A DNA stretch of 64,000 nucleotides, from the NCBI GenBank assembly GCA_964016885.1, contig OZ024743.1, positions 38,068,001 through 38,132,000 of the forward strand, given 5' to 3'. The notes under the pieces were generated by a model. It made no database searches, was not told the DNA's origin, and was given only the letters and a program-made list of their open reading frames with translations. The DNA comes from Eledone cirrhosa (taxonomy: Eukaryota). The stretch's first letter is position 1. Each line of letters opens with the position of its first letter. Shown piece by piece: positions 1-14,361 of this stretch. The translations under genes and the position numbers were made by a program.

Positions 1-342
1 TGAATTGTTGATTATGTTCTGAATGTACTCTGAATCCCCTAAAATGTATACCTAAGTATCCAAATATTATTTTCTTTATCCAATCTCATGCCATAAAAGA
101 ATATTTATTTCTGCTGAGATTCACATCACGTGTATAGAGATGATTTTAAAACATTTTGCTAAAGACCAGTGACGCTGAAAATGTAAGTCGTGTTGCTTTT
201 CAACACTTGAGAATACTTAGATGAAATAAACAATTTGTATGTCTGCAAATGATTACATCATTGCCTCATTACAGATAAAATCACATGTATTGCATTTTGG
301 AAGCTGGAATACAAAACGTCATTGAAGATATATCCCTTAAAC

Positions 343-441
<99 letters not shown>

Positions 442-471
442 GTATATATATATAATAGTATATATATATAC

Positions 472-515
<44 letters not shown>

Positions 516-520
516 TTATA
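343..520. repeat. (TA)n microsatellite
   Basis: Directly visible; the source of the YIYIY pseudo-ORFs. Many similar tracts occur throughout the window. Confidence 0.97.
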
Positions 521-2022
521 TAAAAATATGCATATACGCTAATATAATATAATGTAATGTAGCTGCATGAATCATTGTTGGTTTTCAATCACATATACAT
601 AGATTTCAAAACATTGAAATGTTTTTTTTTTACTTCCTCCCAGCTGACTGCGGTTCAATGTTATGTTGATTTATTTCTTCTCTCTAGTATTATACAACGC
701 AGCATGAGTAACTGAGCAAACATATATGATTCTATGCACAGGCTGCCACTACATGCAGTGTTTCTTTCGGATGATGTGAGAAACTATTGACGGTTACATA
801 TGCTTTTAGTTACGAACAGCTGTATTATACGTTTGGAAACATTTTAAGCGATTAAGCACTTCGCTTTAATGTGTATACAAATCGGCATGTGTTAGTTTAC
901 ACACTTACACACGCATACGCACATTGGCACAGGTTTTTTGTCTGGCTGTGTGTGTGTCTATCCTGCTCTCACACACTCATGTATATAAACCTATACACAT
1001 AAAGGAAAATTATCACGAGGAACATTGACGCACCATCGGCTATATTGTAAACATTGCAACTTGCAACAAGAAAGATGAAAGGAAATCTGTTTTCATGGTT
1101 ATATAGGTCATGCTTAGTGATAGTCTACTAGTTAGAAGATGACAGGCGTTCTAATCTAATACTGCCCTGTATTTAGAAATTCTGTTTAATATGACTAAAT
1201 CTAAAGTATTGTAAATATTTATAAGACAGTAAACTTTCATTAGAGAGAGGTTTTAATTGTTCACGATACTGTGATTACGGAGACACTGCCACTGATATGT
1301 GTAGATAGTAAAGGGGCAGGGTGAAGAAATTGCTTATCAGGACATACATGAGGCAACTATTTAAAACAGACGTCATAACGGAAGTAATGTTATCGGAAAT
1401 AGTTTGGAAATGAAATTAAGAGATTAATCAGTGTTTCAAATTATACACTTAACGAACTTGAATTGATATAATAGATATTTGGAATAGGATTAATGAGCAT
1501 TCAATATAAACTGATCTAGCTAAAATTCAATGTTCTGATATCGAATTAGTTGAGCTATAAAATCTATTGTTTAATCACCGTCCAGCGTCTAATCTTTTGT
1601 TCGTTCTAACTAGATATGCCAGACACAATATTAGAACATATTGATAAAATCAAATAGAAATATTTATAATCTTAAGCATAATAAAGTGATACTGAAGCAT
1701 ATAAATCGGAGCATATACATATAATTTGACAAGAAAGATGAAATAGATGAAACCAGATATGTCAGTTTCATATAAATGTATCTATCCACAGCTCGTGCAG
1801 GCCTGGTTTAATTAACCAGATTATTATAGACTGAGTCTCAAACATTTCTAGTACTTTTTCGATTCTTACGATTTATATTCATGACTGTTGAGTGATTGTA
1901 GAAAACAGTGGAGTATGAGAGGATTTGCTGCATTTCAACTGTTGATTTTCTCACACTGGCAACCCATTGTTATATGTCCATTATATCTAACATATAACTT
2001 TAGACGATCATGTGGAATGTGT

Positions 2023-2152
2023 ATTTTATCGGGCCTGTAAAAATGAAATGCAAATGTAATCTAGGTGGGATTTGAACTCAAAACCTAACCGACAGTATCT
2101 AAATGCCATAAAGCATGTTGTCCGACACTCTACCGACACTGCCAATCCACCG
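2023..2152 (-). mobile_element. tRNA-derived SINE, partial diverged copy
   Basis: Similar to the adjacent full copy (GGGATTTGAACT B-box complement; ...ctgccaatccaccg). Confidence 0.7.
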
Positions 2153-2168
2153 TTCTTCTTCAGTAAGG

Positions 2169-2362
2169 AATAATTGTTTCTACTTTTGGCACAAGGCCAG
2201 CAATTACCCAGTGCATTACTGATACTTTATTTTATCGACCCCGTAAGGACGAAAGGCAAAGTTAACCTCAGCGGGATTTGAACTGAGATCATAAAAGGCC
2301 GTAACTCTATGCTGCAAAGCATGCTGTCCGACTCTCTACCGATACTGCCAATCCACCGCCCC
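2169..2362 (-). mobile_element. tRNA-derived SINE (~190 bp)
   Basis: On the minus strand: A-box-like TGGCAGTATCGG, B-box GTTCAAATCC, central CTTTGCCTTTCRTCCTTACGGGGTCGATAAAATAAAGTA, tail GGCCTTGTGCCAAAAGTAGAAAC. At least 8 copies in the window. Confidence 0.88.
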
Positions 2363-2532
2363 CCAGTAATGACTAATATAAGCGCAATATGAAGCAAATG
2401 GGAAGGAGATGACAGAAATATGAAAGAGCAAGAAGCGGCTGGTGCGTGTTAATAAGATATAGCAATAGCTACAAAGAATAGCACACGCTAGCACACGCTA
2501 GCACATGCTAGCACACACATTCAAACTCACGT

Positions 2533-2640
<108 letters not shown>

Positions 2641-3956
2641 TGTTACCAGCACATTATCACAGAGACAAACCTTTACACGACATGCATTGCAGGTAGATCT
2701 GGAGGATGTGGGAATTAGGGTATCATGTTATACATGTGTTAGTTGTGTTACTACTGAGTGTTTAATATAACTTGTATAATAATTCCATCAATATTACTAT
2801 CAGTAACTACTAGAAACATTCATGTAATGTCTCAAAGTTTAAGACTTAATATCTCTGAACGAAAACAAATACAATAAAACAAAATGTCAATGATTTTGAC
2901 ACAACTTTACGCCCATACAACTGCATTTCAAAAGCTTCATAGTCAGATTTGAGTTTTTGAGAAAGTGTCACTGATTTACTGCATTTTCTCATATAGTTTT
3001 GCTTTTACATTTGTTTAGTCATTTGTGAAGATTCCTCAATATCTTCAAAACTGTTAATTTACTCTATTTTTATTGTCATTATCGTTTTAAATCAGTTTAC
3101 GTTTTCAGTCATACAGAATGTTTTAGAGTTTCTTTACAGAACCTGCCCATATACTCCCCGCTTGTACATACACTCTGTGGTTCAATAATATGAATTTATT
3201 TTGATTTAAGTAGGTTTAACTAAATACACTATACATTATGTTTCGACTTAAGACTAGAACTTATTTTTCTCCATCTTAAACATCACATATTATTTATTTA
3301 TCACCTAATTGTTATAACCTGTCACGTCAATGGACTTAATGGCTGTTACTCTAGTCTGCGATTGATAAAATAAATAAGAACTATGTTAGGATAATTGTAA
3401 TCTATAAAAATCTCTAAGGCATTGGTTACACTATTGTGGAGATTGTAAGAGATTATTTCTTGAATTACTTGTTCACTATGACATCATGTGTTGCTCAAAA
3501 TGTAATAAAAGTTTGGAATGTTATGTAGATTTATATCAGGTTCTTGGCTTGCACAAATAACAGCTAGATAAAATAATCTGTGTACCGTCAGTGACATTTA
3601 ATACATATAGACAGATATTTCTGTGATACAATTAAGTTCCTAATTGATATCAGCTAAAAGTGTGGTGATAACGAAATAATACTTCAATTATAATGTAGGT
3701 AGGCGTATGTATTTATATTGATGTATATGTTTATGTATGTATGTATGTATGTATGTATGTTCTTCTTGTTTTATAATTTCACAAAGTTTGTATGTATGTA
3801 TGTATGTATGTGTGTGTGTGTATCTATGTATGTATATTTGTAGCTATGTATGTACGTTATGTATGTACGTTATGTATGTATGTATGTATGTATGTGTATA
3901 TATATATATATATATATATGAAAAAGAACACAAGAGCGTCTACAACATCAAAAGAT

Positions 3957-4016
3957 TTTTATTGGCTTACAATGTTTCTTCCTTACGTAACCGTAGGATT
4001 CGTCAGAGCTATAAAA
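3957..4016 (-). ncRNA. Minimal type I hammerhead ribozyme in a (TA)n-flanked ~345-bp insert (3920-4265)
   Basis: Minus strand reads GCT-CTGACGA-A-TCCTACG GTTA CGTAAGGA-A-GAAAC ATT GTA-AGC: intact core, stem II, GUA cleavage triplet, and stem I GCT/AGC extended by TTTAT/ATAAA. Confidence 0.72.
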
Positions 4017-4330
4017 GGGGTTTGATTGGTGTTATGGACTCTACCAACCAAACATTCAAGAACAAAGAGTAAAGAGAGTAAACAGCAAAAGTAGGGGACG
4101 ATAAGTCTAATTTTGGTGCGGGAGGGTGGGGTGTGGGTCCTTGTTTACTAGCTGCGGTCATATTCATTTCCGGGAGTCGGGTGGTTAGCTGAACCATAGA
4201 TGGGGTGGCGTCGATAGTATGGTGCAGAGGGTGCGCAGAGGCTACACAAACACAAAGGGCATACAATATATATATATATATATATAGCGGAGGAGAAAGT
4301 ACATGAGGTAATTAGAAATGGAAAAAGGGT

Positions 4331-4525
4331 AATAATAATTGTTTCTACGTTTGGCACAAGGCCAGCAATTATCCCAGTGTATTACTGATACTTTATTTTA
4401 TCGACCCCGTAAGGATGAAAGGCAAAGTCAACCTCGGCGGGATTTGAACTCAGATCGTAAAGGGACGTAACTATGCTGGAAAGTATGGGGTCCGACCCTC
4501 TACTGATACTGCCAATCTACCGCCC
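4331..4525 (-). mobile_element. tRNA-derived SINE, full copy
   Basis: High similarity to 2169-2362. Confidence 0.88.
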
Positions 4526-5488
4526 TGGTAGGGTAATAATAATAATCTATAATTAATAGTGTATAATAAGGCATGGGGAAGATTACACTATAATAAGGTA
4601 TAAAAGTAAGAATAAGGTAAAATATAAAGGAGGATAAAAGTGGAAATAATAAAGATAAAAACATATATAGAGAATATATGAAGAAATATAAGCGAATATT
4701 TGGAGGGGAAAACACAATGTAAAAAAACCGATTTTTTCAAATAATAATAAAAATATAATAATTATGAGGGAAGAAAACGGGATAGAGAAATATGATCAAG
4801 TGTGATTAGTTGAGATAATATAAGATGATAATAGTTATGTCAAGTTTATACATCTTAGTAATAAATAATCTGTGTATCAGAGTTGCAGAACCTTCAATTC
4901 ACTTACGGGTTCAAGCCACGTGGCATGGTCCATTGTTTATCTGTGCGGTCATGCGCGTTTGTTTTTGACACCACAGCAGATGCACAAGTTCGTAAATTCC
5001 AATGCAGATGGAAATCTATTTTTGCTCACCCGGACATTGACGGAGGATCCAATATTCCTAGTTCAATATGTGTGTGGTGTTATTTTGGTCGCACAAATCA
5101 ATCACTTGGTTCAATATTATGGAGTATGGTTTTCTGGTCTTCGTAACAGTGTCAGTGGCTGTATATATGGAAATCACAAGGATCACAGTACTCCGGTTTG
5201 GTGTGATTATCGGTCATCCAGCTATGTTGTTGGTGATTGGATTCAATTCTATTCGCCCGAACGTTGAACTTTGGTGTCGATAGGACATTAACGAGGCAGA
5301 GTGAGATCGCATCTGTGGTACAAATATATATATTTATATATGAATGCATGTATATATGTGTTTGTGTGCCTATGCATTTATGTATGTATGTATCTTATGT
5401 ATGTATGCATATACATATGCATGTATATATGTGTTTGTGTGCCTATGTATGTATGTAAGTATTTATATGTGCGTGTATGCACACACAT

Positions 5489-5550
<62 letters not shown>

Positions 5551-6338
5551 GGTCTCCCAAACATGTATACTCATTTCAACAGCATTCTAATAAATATTGC
5601 CTGTACAGGTATTCAAAGTGTGTATACATGTTGGGGGAAATCCTGTATATATGCAAATATGCATGCATGTATGTATGTGTGTGGGCACGTATGTATGTGT
5701 GTATATATATGTGTGTGAATGTGCGTATGCATGTACGTATCTATGTGTGTCTGTGTGTGTGTGTGTGGGGGGGGTATATATGTGCATAGGTATGCATGTA
5801 TGTATGCATGCTTGCATATTATATTGAAACGGAGATTCTAGTCACATATTTAATGAGGTATTATATTATCTTTTTTGCTTTTCATCTCTCCATCATATAT
5901 ATTGTGAGTATAATACAATGTAAGACAATAAAACAATAAAAACAATTTCACCATATACAAAAACCCTGACGATTTTACTTCCCCTCATGATTTCGTATTA
6001 TTTGCTTGCTACATAAGCTAATTCCCAAGAAACATTATGTTGTCGGAAATTGTTTTTTCTATCATACAAATTCAATAATATAATGACTCAAATAATTAAA
6101 ATTACATCTAATGCCTCAAAAAAGCGTCCTACTATTATTCAACTTATTGACCGACCAAGGTAAATTCGAAGTGTTCGCTTATAGTAATGCCTGATTTAAA
6201 TATATTCTTGATTGTTATTTGTAGTAAGATCTGTGGCAAACTGATTCTTCGTCTGTAGAGAATTAAAGCGTCTAGTGTATTTCTTTATGCGCAAACGGGA
6301 CGAAACAGAAACCTGAAAAACTGATATGCAACACATAC

Positions 6339-6391
6339 GTTTCAAAGGACTTCCCACTGGAAATTAACGCCATCGTTGTATTTTTTCCAAC
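6339..6391 (-). CDS. Candidate host exon (VGKNTTMALISSGKSFE), phase 0 to 2
   Basis: Acceptor TATTTTATTACAG and donor GTATGT; only phase 0 is open. Confidence 0.35.
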
Positions 6392-7093
6392 CTGTAATAA
6401 AATATGGATGTAGCTAAAACCAGAGATTTAATGTTGCTTCACCTTAGATTGGCTGCCATAAAGGGGTAGAGAACTGCTGACATTTCCAAAACAAATCATT
6501 TTTTTTTTTTTGCATTACAGGTCCATATTTCTCCAAGCCTTCTCATCATTGTGGCTGCCGAATGTAGTAATTTTCTAAAATCAATGAAAGGAGCTTGGTA
6601 ATATGTTGAGGATATATATATAGTAATTACAGTGGGAATGTGAGCGCGTAAAGCTAATTGATATAATTATTGTCCATAATAATCAGGATATAAGGTAAGG
6701 CGTATCGAACAATATGATGGCTTTCATTTGCAGAAAATTACGATATAGATGTCTTCTATTGTTAGGGTCAAACATGGTAAACACTCTTGCATAAAAACGT
6801 CAATACTAATGTTTAAAATGATAAAAAGATATACATTCGTTTCCATTACGCTATTTTGGGGGTAATTGCACACATTCATGCGTAAAGTGTCAAAGAAAAT
6901 ATAATCATGCCTATAACTCATTATTTTCATAAGCATATTGTTTTCAATAGACTAAATTCTGTGCAGAGCATTCCTTTTTCTTATTTCGGGGCTGACAAAT
7001 TATGCATTAGTCAGGTCATATCTCTGATAAATCTAGTTTTCCAAATAGCCAATATTTGTGTCCTCGTGCTCATGTTTGAAGTCAACGCATTAC

Positions 7094-7151
7094 TGTCCCC
7101 AGTGAGCTTTCGTCTGTGCCCCAGACATGGTTACCAAATATCAATAAATTT
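7094..7151 (-). CDS. Candidate host exon (NLLIFGNHVWGTDESSLGT), phase 2 to 0
   Basis: Acceptor CCTTTCTTTAG and donor GTAATG; phase fits both neighbouring candidate exons. Confidence 0.3.
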
Positions 7152-8704
7152 CTAAAGAAAGGTGATATTTTAGTACATAGTTCATGGATTTACATAAATC
7201 CTGAAATATTTGTTTTATATGATTGAGATTTCATTTCATATAATTACGTAACAATCATGTTAAAAGATTACATTTTGAATATTTTATATCGTCAAATGAT
7301 TAATATCATAATGTATTATAATCTTGATAGCTGGCCTTATAATGAATATATATGTGGGTGTGTATATTGTCTATAAATTTAAATAAAATTATCTTACTAT
7401 AGTAAACTCAATTGATTATGTCTCATAGATAGTGAACTATGCGAGAGCGAGTTTTTATCTGCTGATTGATTGGTTGATCCTCAAGTTAATTTAAGTTTAT
7501 CACACTATAATATATATGTGATAGGCTCTTATATTTACAATATATTAATTAATGTGTTATAAATGTTTTCATACGTGGTAATGATTTCCAGCAAGATTCA
7601 TTATCAATGAATTTAATTACTACTCATTTTTCAGCTGAAGGTGATATAGTCATTAATTACAATTCACATATCACCTGCTGTTGACATGAAATTATTTTAA
7701 CAAAATCGTCGAACAGAGCGTAATAAACACTATATTATTAATGAGTGTGTACGGCTTCCATTATTATTTAAATAAAATGTCTTACATGATTTAGACTTTT
7801 TCATTAAACAATTATATTTAAATGCTGCAATTATCATAGCATTTAGAAAATCAGTTATTTAGTCTAGCGCTCTGGATATTCGGATATGTTTGGCCATTTA
7901 TACTAAAATGAATATTAACTACCGATTAGAATATTCATAGCCACAGAGTTTTTTTTTATTCTGAAGCATATTGCTGTCTAAATTAAGTGTGAATCCTCGA
8001 TTTACACCAGACATAGAATTCCAAATATAACATAGTATGTTAAAATAGGATAAATGAATATTTATAATTGTATATTTAAATGTTGCTTTAGTACGTTTAC
8101 ATATAATCGTCAAAAGGAAGGAGATAATTTGTTCAGTTAGAAAACTGGGTATGAGAGAATGAGGAAATAGCATGCACCATTTAACTCTAAAGAGACGTTG
8201 GATTGCGATACACAATAGAGTGAATGACAACATCACACGTGTTATTTGTTTCGTCGAGGTTAACTTTGACGTCTCTCATTCCAGCTATGATCAAATACAT
8301 ATCTCAAGTATCTCGACTGAATCAATTGACGTCTCCAATCAATAAAGTGGCCCAATGTGTGTGGTAAATATGTGATCCAACAAATATTTTGAGTGAGTGC
8401 GAGATGAATAAAACAATAGAAAAATGAGTTTCAGGAATGAACTTCGTGTCAAAATATACCACCCAAGAATTATATGAACGCAGAATCTATAAAGCGAATT
8501 CCATGTTTAGTGAGAATTTCATGCGCCCACACTCACACATAAACTCAAGCACACATTCATGAAAACATAACATTTTCAATATACGGAGGTAATGTTTGAG
8601 CGAGTGTTCAAAACTCATTCGTTTACTTTCATGAGGCTACGATGTTTACAATGACCTTTTACGACTGCATTTACTTTATTTGTTTACTTATTTTAATTAC
8701 TTAC

Positions 8705-8870
8705 ATTGCATCGCTGTCGGTGAACAGTCCGCAATTACAAAGGGCAGTGTGTAATAACGAGAATACGGTACTGTAACCGTTCAAACTGCACGCGTAAATA
8801 TTTCCTATGAGTCTGCACCCAGATTCAATGTTTAGTGACGATGATGATGTCTCTAGCTGCAAGTAAGTTC
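8705..8870 (-). CDS. Candidate host exon, Cys-containing (TYLQLETSSSSLNIESGCRLIGNIYACS...CNCGLFTDSDA), phase 1 to 2
   Basis: Acceptor TTATATACAG, consensus donor GTAAGT, open frame and locally higher GC. Confidence 0.45.
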
Positions 8871-9899
8871 CTGTATATAATGAAGTACAAGCCATGTCTT
8901 GTACTTAATTGTACTTCATATTCGTCAGTTCCTTTGGCCATCATCTTTACTGTATTTGCCGACTTTCCAAGTAAACGAATGCTGTTATACCAAATTGTAT
9001 GTGTTCGCATCGGGAAATATTATTCCTAATAAATCCCTCCGTTTGTATCACATATATAGGGATACAACAAACGTATGTTCAATTTTGAGGATGTTTGTCT
9101 TTACGTGAATGTTGCGGCTTTGAGCAGAATTGTCATCGAATAGGTTTTTATAGAAAAGGAAGTTCGAATAGTTTATGAAATATGTTTTATCTGTTTAATT
9201 CATTATTCTCAATGAGACCTACACTTTTGATTTGGGGTGTAGATATTTCTTCATGAGACTGTTGTGATTACGTAGTATCTTGTCCTCAATGATTGAGCAA
9301 TCTTATGATAATAAGAGCAGCCTTATTTTAATATTAATATCTTTAATAATTATTAAAGACATTTTAAACACCGATATCATCGTTTTAGATATCATTCCTC
9401 GGGTCACGTTATACTGTATGTCGTTTTGTTTTCTGTTATACAAATATTGCTGTTTAGCATAACGTTAGAAGAGTTTTGGATGATAAGCTTATACTTAAAA
9501 TTATTCAAGTTTATGAAAAAACGTGTTAATATTTTTTTCTTTCGGGGATTCGTTTAATAGTTACTGAATACATCTTATTAAATTCTAATTTCTCTAGAAA
9601 AACTAATGAGATGGGGATTTTTTTAACACGCTGTTGCGAATTTCAATTACACGTTATCACAATGGCTGTATTTCATTTTTTGTAAAATCTTAACACATTC
9701 ACTGTGCTATACTTCGTATGAATAGAGAATTTAAATTTAACAGATGCGTTTTCTACGTTGTTATTGTGTTGTTGACAACTGGTTTTTAATATTAATTCTT
9801 TACAACGTTGTTCATCTTTATAATTTGCAGCTATGGCTTCTGTGTGTGATTTAATAACTAGACGCTGTTCTAGAAGTATGTTATATGGGTCCAGTAATA

Positions 9900-10140
9900 A
9901 TGATGCACGACCTAATGGTTAGGGTGTTCGGCTCAGGATGTTAAGGTTGAGGGTTTGACGTATATTTGAAGTTCCTCCAATTATTTGGCAAAATGAGGTG
10001 CACCAGTAATTCAAAAGGCCATGCATCCCACACACTGTATCGCTCTAAATCTCAATTAGAACTACGTTAATGGTACATACCTACGTTAAAGGCCCAGTTA
10101 CATGTTAATTTAGCGAAAAGTATGTACCACTGTTCGATTA
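9900..10140 (+). mobile_element. Decayed second SINE family (tRNA-like head)
   Basis: tRNA-like head CCTAATGGTTAGGGTGTTCGGCTC...AAGGTTGAGGGTTTGA followed by a SINE-like body; heavily diverged. Confidence 0.4.
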
Positions 10141-10249
10141 AGAACACTCATTATCAAAAGCGATAGAGGTCCAAAAAGATACGGATGTAGTGCACCAGGA
10201 GAGGGTGTTGTTAATAAACGTAGATTACTATCCCAGCCATTATTACTCC

Positions 10250-11300
10250 AGAATTACTAGAACCAGGGAAATCCCATGGAGACGAATGACACCAACATGA
10301 AACAGTGGCGTGACCTGGCCTTTTTCAAACTGGCTGCCTGCTGTGCCGGATCATCCTTCAACGTTTGGTACCTGGACGACGCGACTCTGGATGGCTTGGC
10401 TGAGATAGTAGTTGAGCACTTTCGGCTAAGGATCCTAGCTCTAAATGACCTGACTGAAGATCAACCCATCCAACAATAAGGTGATAAATGTTACCTACTG
10501 AGAGGCCGAATTCCATGACCTTATAGAACTTGAGCAAACACTGGCTAGCTGGTTAGGCGAAGACCTCTCTTTCTCCCAGTATGTGATTGTCCACCGTAAT
10601 TGGGACAACATCAGGTGCGGGTCGTCCTTCAGACGGATCGAGTCTGTTTTGGAACAACACAGCCTCGTCTGCTTCCGATCCGCTTCGTAGCCAAACAACG
10701 CTGCATGGCTCAATTCGTAGCTCTGTACACCAGCCGATACCCCACTTGATGACGATGGCACTTGCATCGGAGTGGCCGCTGCGGGTGTGAGCTACACAAA
10801 TGCTGTTGTAGGGTTGCCGTTGACAAGGTTGGCTTGCTTTCACTGTCCTGCTGTCAGAGCGCAGGCCAGATCCCCCAACATACCACTCACAACTAGTCTG
10901 GATTCAGCAGGCTTCCCTTCACAACTGGAAACAGCAGGCCTCGACCCTGGAGACGGCAAGCGCCCCGAGTGTATTTCACTCTTCCTTTTCGAAGGAGGTA
11001 TATTCCTCATCTTGGTCGCCACATAGGACACATTCTTCGCCTCCAACCTAATCTCTTCACTCCTAAACCCCGCTACTGCGACCTGGAATTCTGAGGACAG
11101 GAAGACAAACAAATAGCGGGGCTTGTCCGGCCGCTTCTCTACGCACCGCTCGCCTGCGAGATTCTGGACCCTGTACTGCCGAGCTCCTGCAGAAAACAAG
11201 AACGTCAGCAACACCTGTGATGAAGGAGCCCCGCGAAGTGGTATAATTGTTGCAGTGGTTGATGCTGACCATTGTCCGTGAAGATGTTGTTGCAGTACTA
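10250..11300 (+). mobile_element. Decayed CRE-clade non-LTR retrotransposon fragment (RT + restriction-like endonuclease)
   Basis: GC-rich block encoding FNVWYLDDATL (RT catalytic motif) and GFPSQLETAGLDPGDGKRPECISLFLFEGG..LVAT*DT, matching the RLE motif DGKRPDG..WDxT..DT. Several stops and frameshifts. Confidence 0.75.
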
Positions 11301-11999
11301 TCCTCTCATTTATGTCATTTATAGTACTTTCCTCTACTTTTTCATACAGCCACACCTGCCCTTCTTTAACTCTTCCCCTTTTTCTCATTAGTTAATTTTG
11401 TTTTTCATATCTTAACTATAATAAAGAAAGGAGTGCGGGACTGCATCCACAATATAATTTTTTATCCCGTTTGTAAATTAAGTTGGATTACTTTGAATAA
11501 ATAATGAATGAATATTACATAATTTATCTGGTAAATTTCGTAGCTTTTGATTAAATATATTTTATTGCTTATTTCAAGTTTCACTTATTTAACGTTTTCA
11601 AATATCAACACTTCTAGTTAGCGATCGCTTAAATATTCATTCATATATTTCCGTCACTAGTTTTCTCCTAATGCAGTTTATATATAATATCGTCTTTTTT
11701 TAATATATCATGCATTACGTTACTGATTACAGAAGACAGTGTAACGCAGTCTTCGTTCAATTTCTGTGTATATTGTCAATTACGATTTTATTTGACGTAT
11801 CATATCTCCATGCATATATACTTGTGTATAATATCAATATGCACACTACACATGCCAGCAGAAAACCACCCGAAGGGTGGTTTTCAGCTAGTTTATGTAA
11901 TTATCCATAATTTTTAAGCCAACTTTTGTGAGTAAAACATGTATTGAGGATAAATATGGTCTTCTTGTTAAAAGAAAAGCAGATGTTAGAAATATATTT

Positions 12000-13200
12000 G
12001 AGGTATATTTGTATGCAAAGGGAATGAGGAAGAATTGTAGTGGATAACAGCCAATGGGCTTCTAGTATTCATGGTATTGACGGAGTTAGAACTGTCATTG
12101 GCCGAAAGGAATTGTTTTTATAGTTCAAGAAAACCATGTAAGGAAATGTGAGTGGTTGTTGTCACGAAATGAATCTAGACATGAAATCGACACATAGGCT
12201 TTCAGGTGAATATATGATTTCGGGTTAATATATCAGAGAGAGGAAATAGGATAAATTTGAAAGTTGATAGGATTATTCATGACGAACGAGATAACATTCC
12301 GTCAGATATAATTCCGCCAGTTAAAAGAATTGCAGTTCGTATGAGAATAGATGTAGAGTTACGCGATCACATCATGTTAATTGGACGATATTTAGAGAAG
12401 GGCTTTAGGGACCTATGTTTAAAATTGATGGTTTTATTCCATCTAGAACTCAATAAAGGTCAAGGCATAGAACTCTACCAAGACAGCCCGTACTCTATTA
12501 TTCTTGCCTTAAATCTCATATTTCTTAGCTAACTCAGTAGATTTGTGAAGCTCTGTATTTTTAAATAAGTGGATGTGCATATACCATCTTATATTAAAAA
12601 AATGCTAGATGTGCCCACCACATTTTTATGTGTCACTAGGCTTGTAATAATTTTGCATAGAGCTACTCGATAAGGAGCACTTATTGGGTTGTCTGTAATT
12701 ATATTGTGTCAATGCAGGTCGATCAAGGTCCTTTTTTGTCCCTATATTTAGAGTAATGCTAGTGGTACGAACGAGCTGTGGTAGCTATGCGCTTTTGTTA
12801 TTCGAGCTATTGTTTTTAATATTTTTGGTTAAGTAGTATGTAGTAGGGTGAGAGGAAAAACAGAATAATTCCTCGAGTGGAGGTGCTTATGTTATCATTG
12901 TGGTTCCGTTCGAGTTTATCCTTCAATCCTTGAATGAAACTTTCCAGATTAGCCGTACTATGATCTGAAGTCATTTGCTTTTCGTATTCAAGAGAATTTT
13001 GCCATAACTGTCTTTAGAACGACTACTTAGTTTCGTACATCTGCGAATAGCTAGAGTGTATAGAATGGCGCTATTCCTTCCCGCTCCCTGGATTCAAAGG
13101 TTAAATCACGCCGATTTCATTTTTGCTTTCATTCTTCCGAGAATTATAAGAAAATGTAATAATCCAGTGTCGGAATCTATTTTATCTCTATATCTCTTTT
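12000..13200 (-). mobile_element. Possible highly decayed L1/Tx1-like LINE ORF2 remnant
   Basis: Only short motif remnants across frames (GL..VEFY, NWR, DIKMWW). Confidence 0.3.
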
Positions 13201-14291
13201 CCATCTCACCCTTCTTTTTCTCTCTATTTTTTTTTTCCCTGAAAGAAATCATATGTACTCATACGTAGAAATGAGAATGGCTTCGTCTTTGTTAAATACT
13301 TAAGTATATCACTGTGATACCCCAACGTCTTAAGGGCCTATAACGTAGCATGGCATAAACTGATTGTCTAAAGGACGCATGGTTGATATGATTTGTTTAT
13401 GTTTCTAATTGTATAATTTTATCGTACAAAAGCTGTATATAGTTTTCAAACAAATAACATGGAAGTGAACTAATGTTGATAAACAGGTATTGACAGATTT
13501 CTGTGGCATTCTATCAAATATTGCACTTGATTTTGTTTGTAGTCAGACGAGTCTATCCATGATAGGGACATGATGGAGTGGTGGGCCATGGCTAGAGCAT
13601 ATTTGATCAACGTTGACTGGTGACTAAATAAATCCTCCTTAATCGGACTTTACTTATGAGTTCAATTTTCCTTATGAGTTCAAGAAAAATACATATACCT
13701 GTGGTTTAATTTATCAAAATATATGTTGCTAAACGAAAAAATCCATTATCTTGGATTGAGAAAATATAACGATCACATTTTAAATGTTATTGCATATACT
13801 GTGTATACACGATTTTGAATATGCGTACTGTACCCCTCGGTGTTGTAAAAAATAATTGTGAAATCGTTAGCATCAGGAGGAGCATCCGTTTATAAATAAT
13901 TGCTCCTAAAAATAGGCCATATTGAATCGCAAGTCATTTATTCTGAGCGCAATCGTGTCTCATGCATTGGCAGCGAAAATTGACATAAAACGTTTGATGT
14001 CGTTATTTAGTGTCGTAAATCTGAACCATGTGCAGCTGGTGATCGAAACCATTTCTTGTCATGAATGTATTGGTAGCGATGAAAGTAATAAAGAATGAAA
14101 GCAGATTAAATTATATGTAATCTTCCATATAAGAATTCACAATTGATTTTATACAAAACTGATATTGGAATATAGTTGTGATAGTAATGGTAGTGGTGCT
14201 GCTACCAGTAGCAATGGCAACATATTTAGTGGTAGGGGGGTTAGCAATTGTAATAGTGGAGAGGGGTATTGATGGTTGTGGTGGTGGTGGC

Positions 14292-14351
<60 letters not shown>
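14292..14351. repeat. (AGT)n microsatellite
   Basis: Directly visible. Confidence 0.95.

Positions 14352-14361
<10 letters not shown>

Noticed and set aside
4872-5310. Moderately GC-rich block with overlapping short ORFs
   Set aside because: No recognisable motif or convincing splice pair; probably a decayed element.
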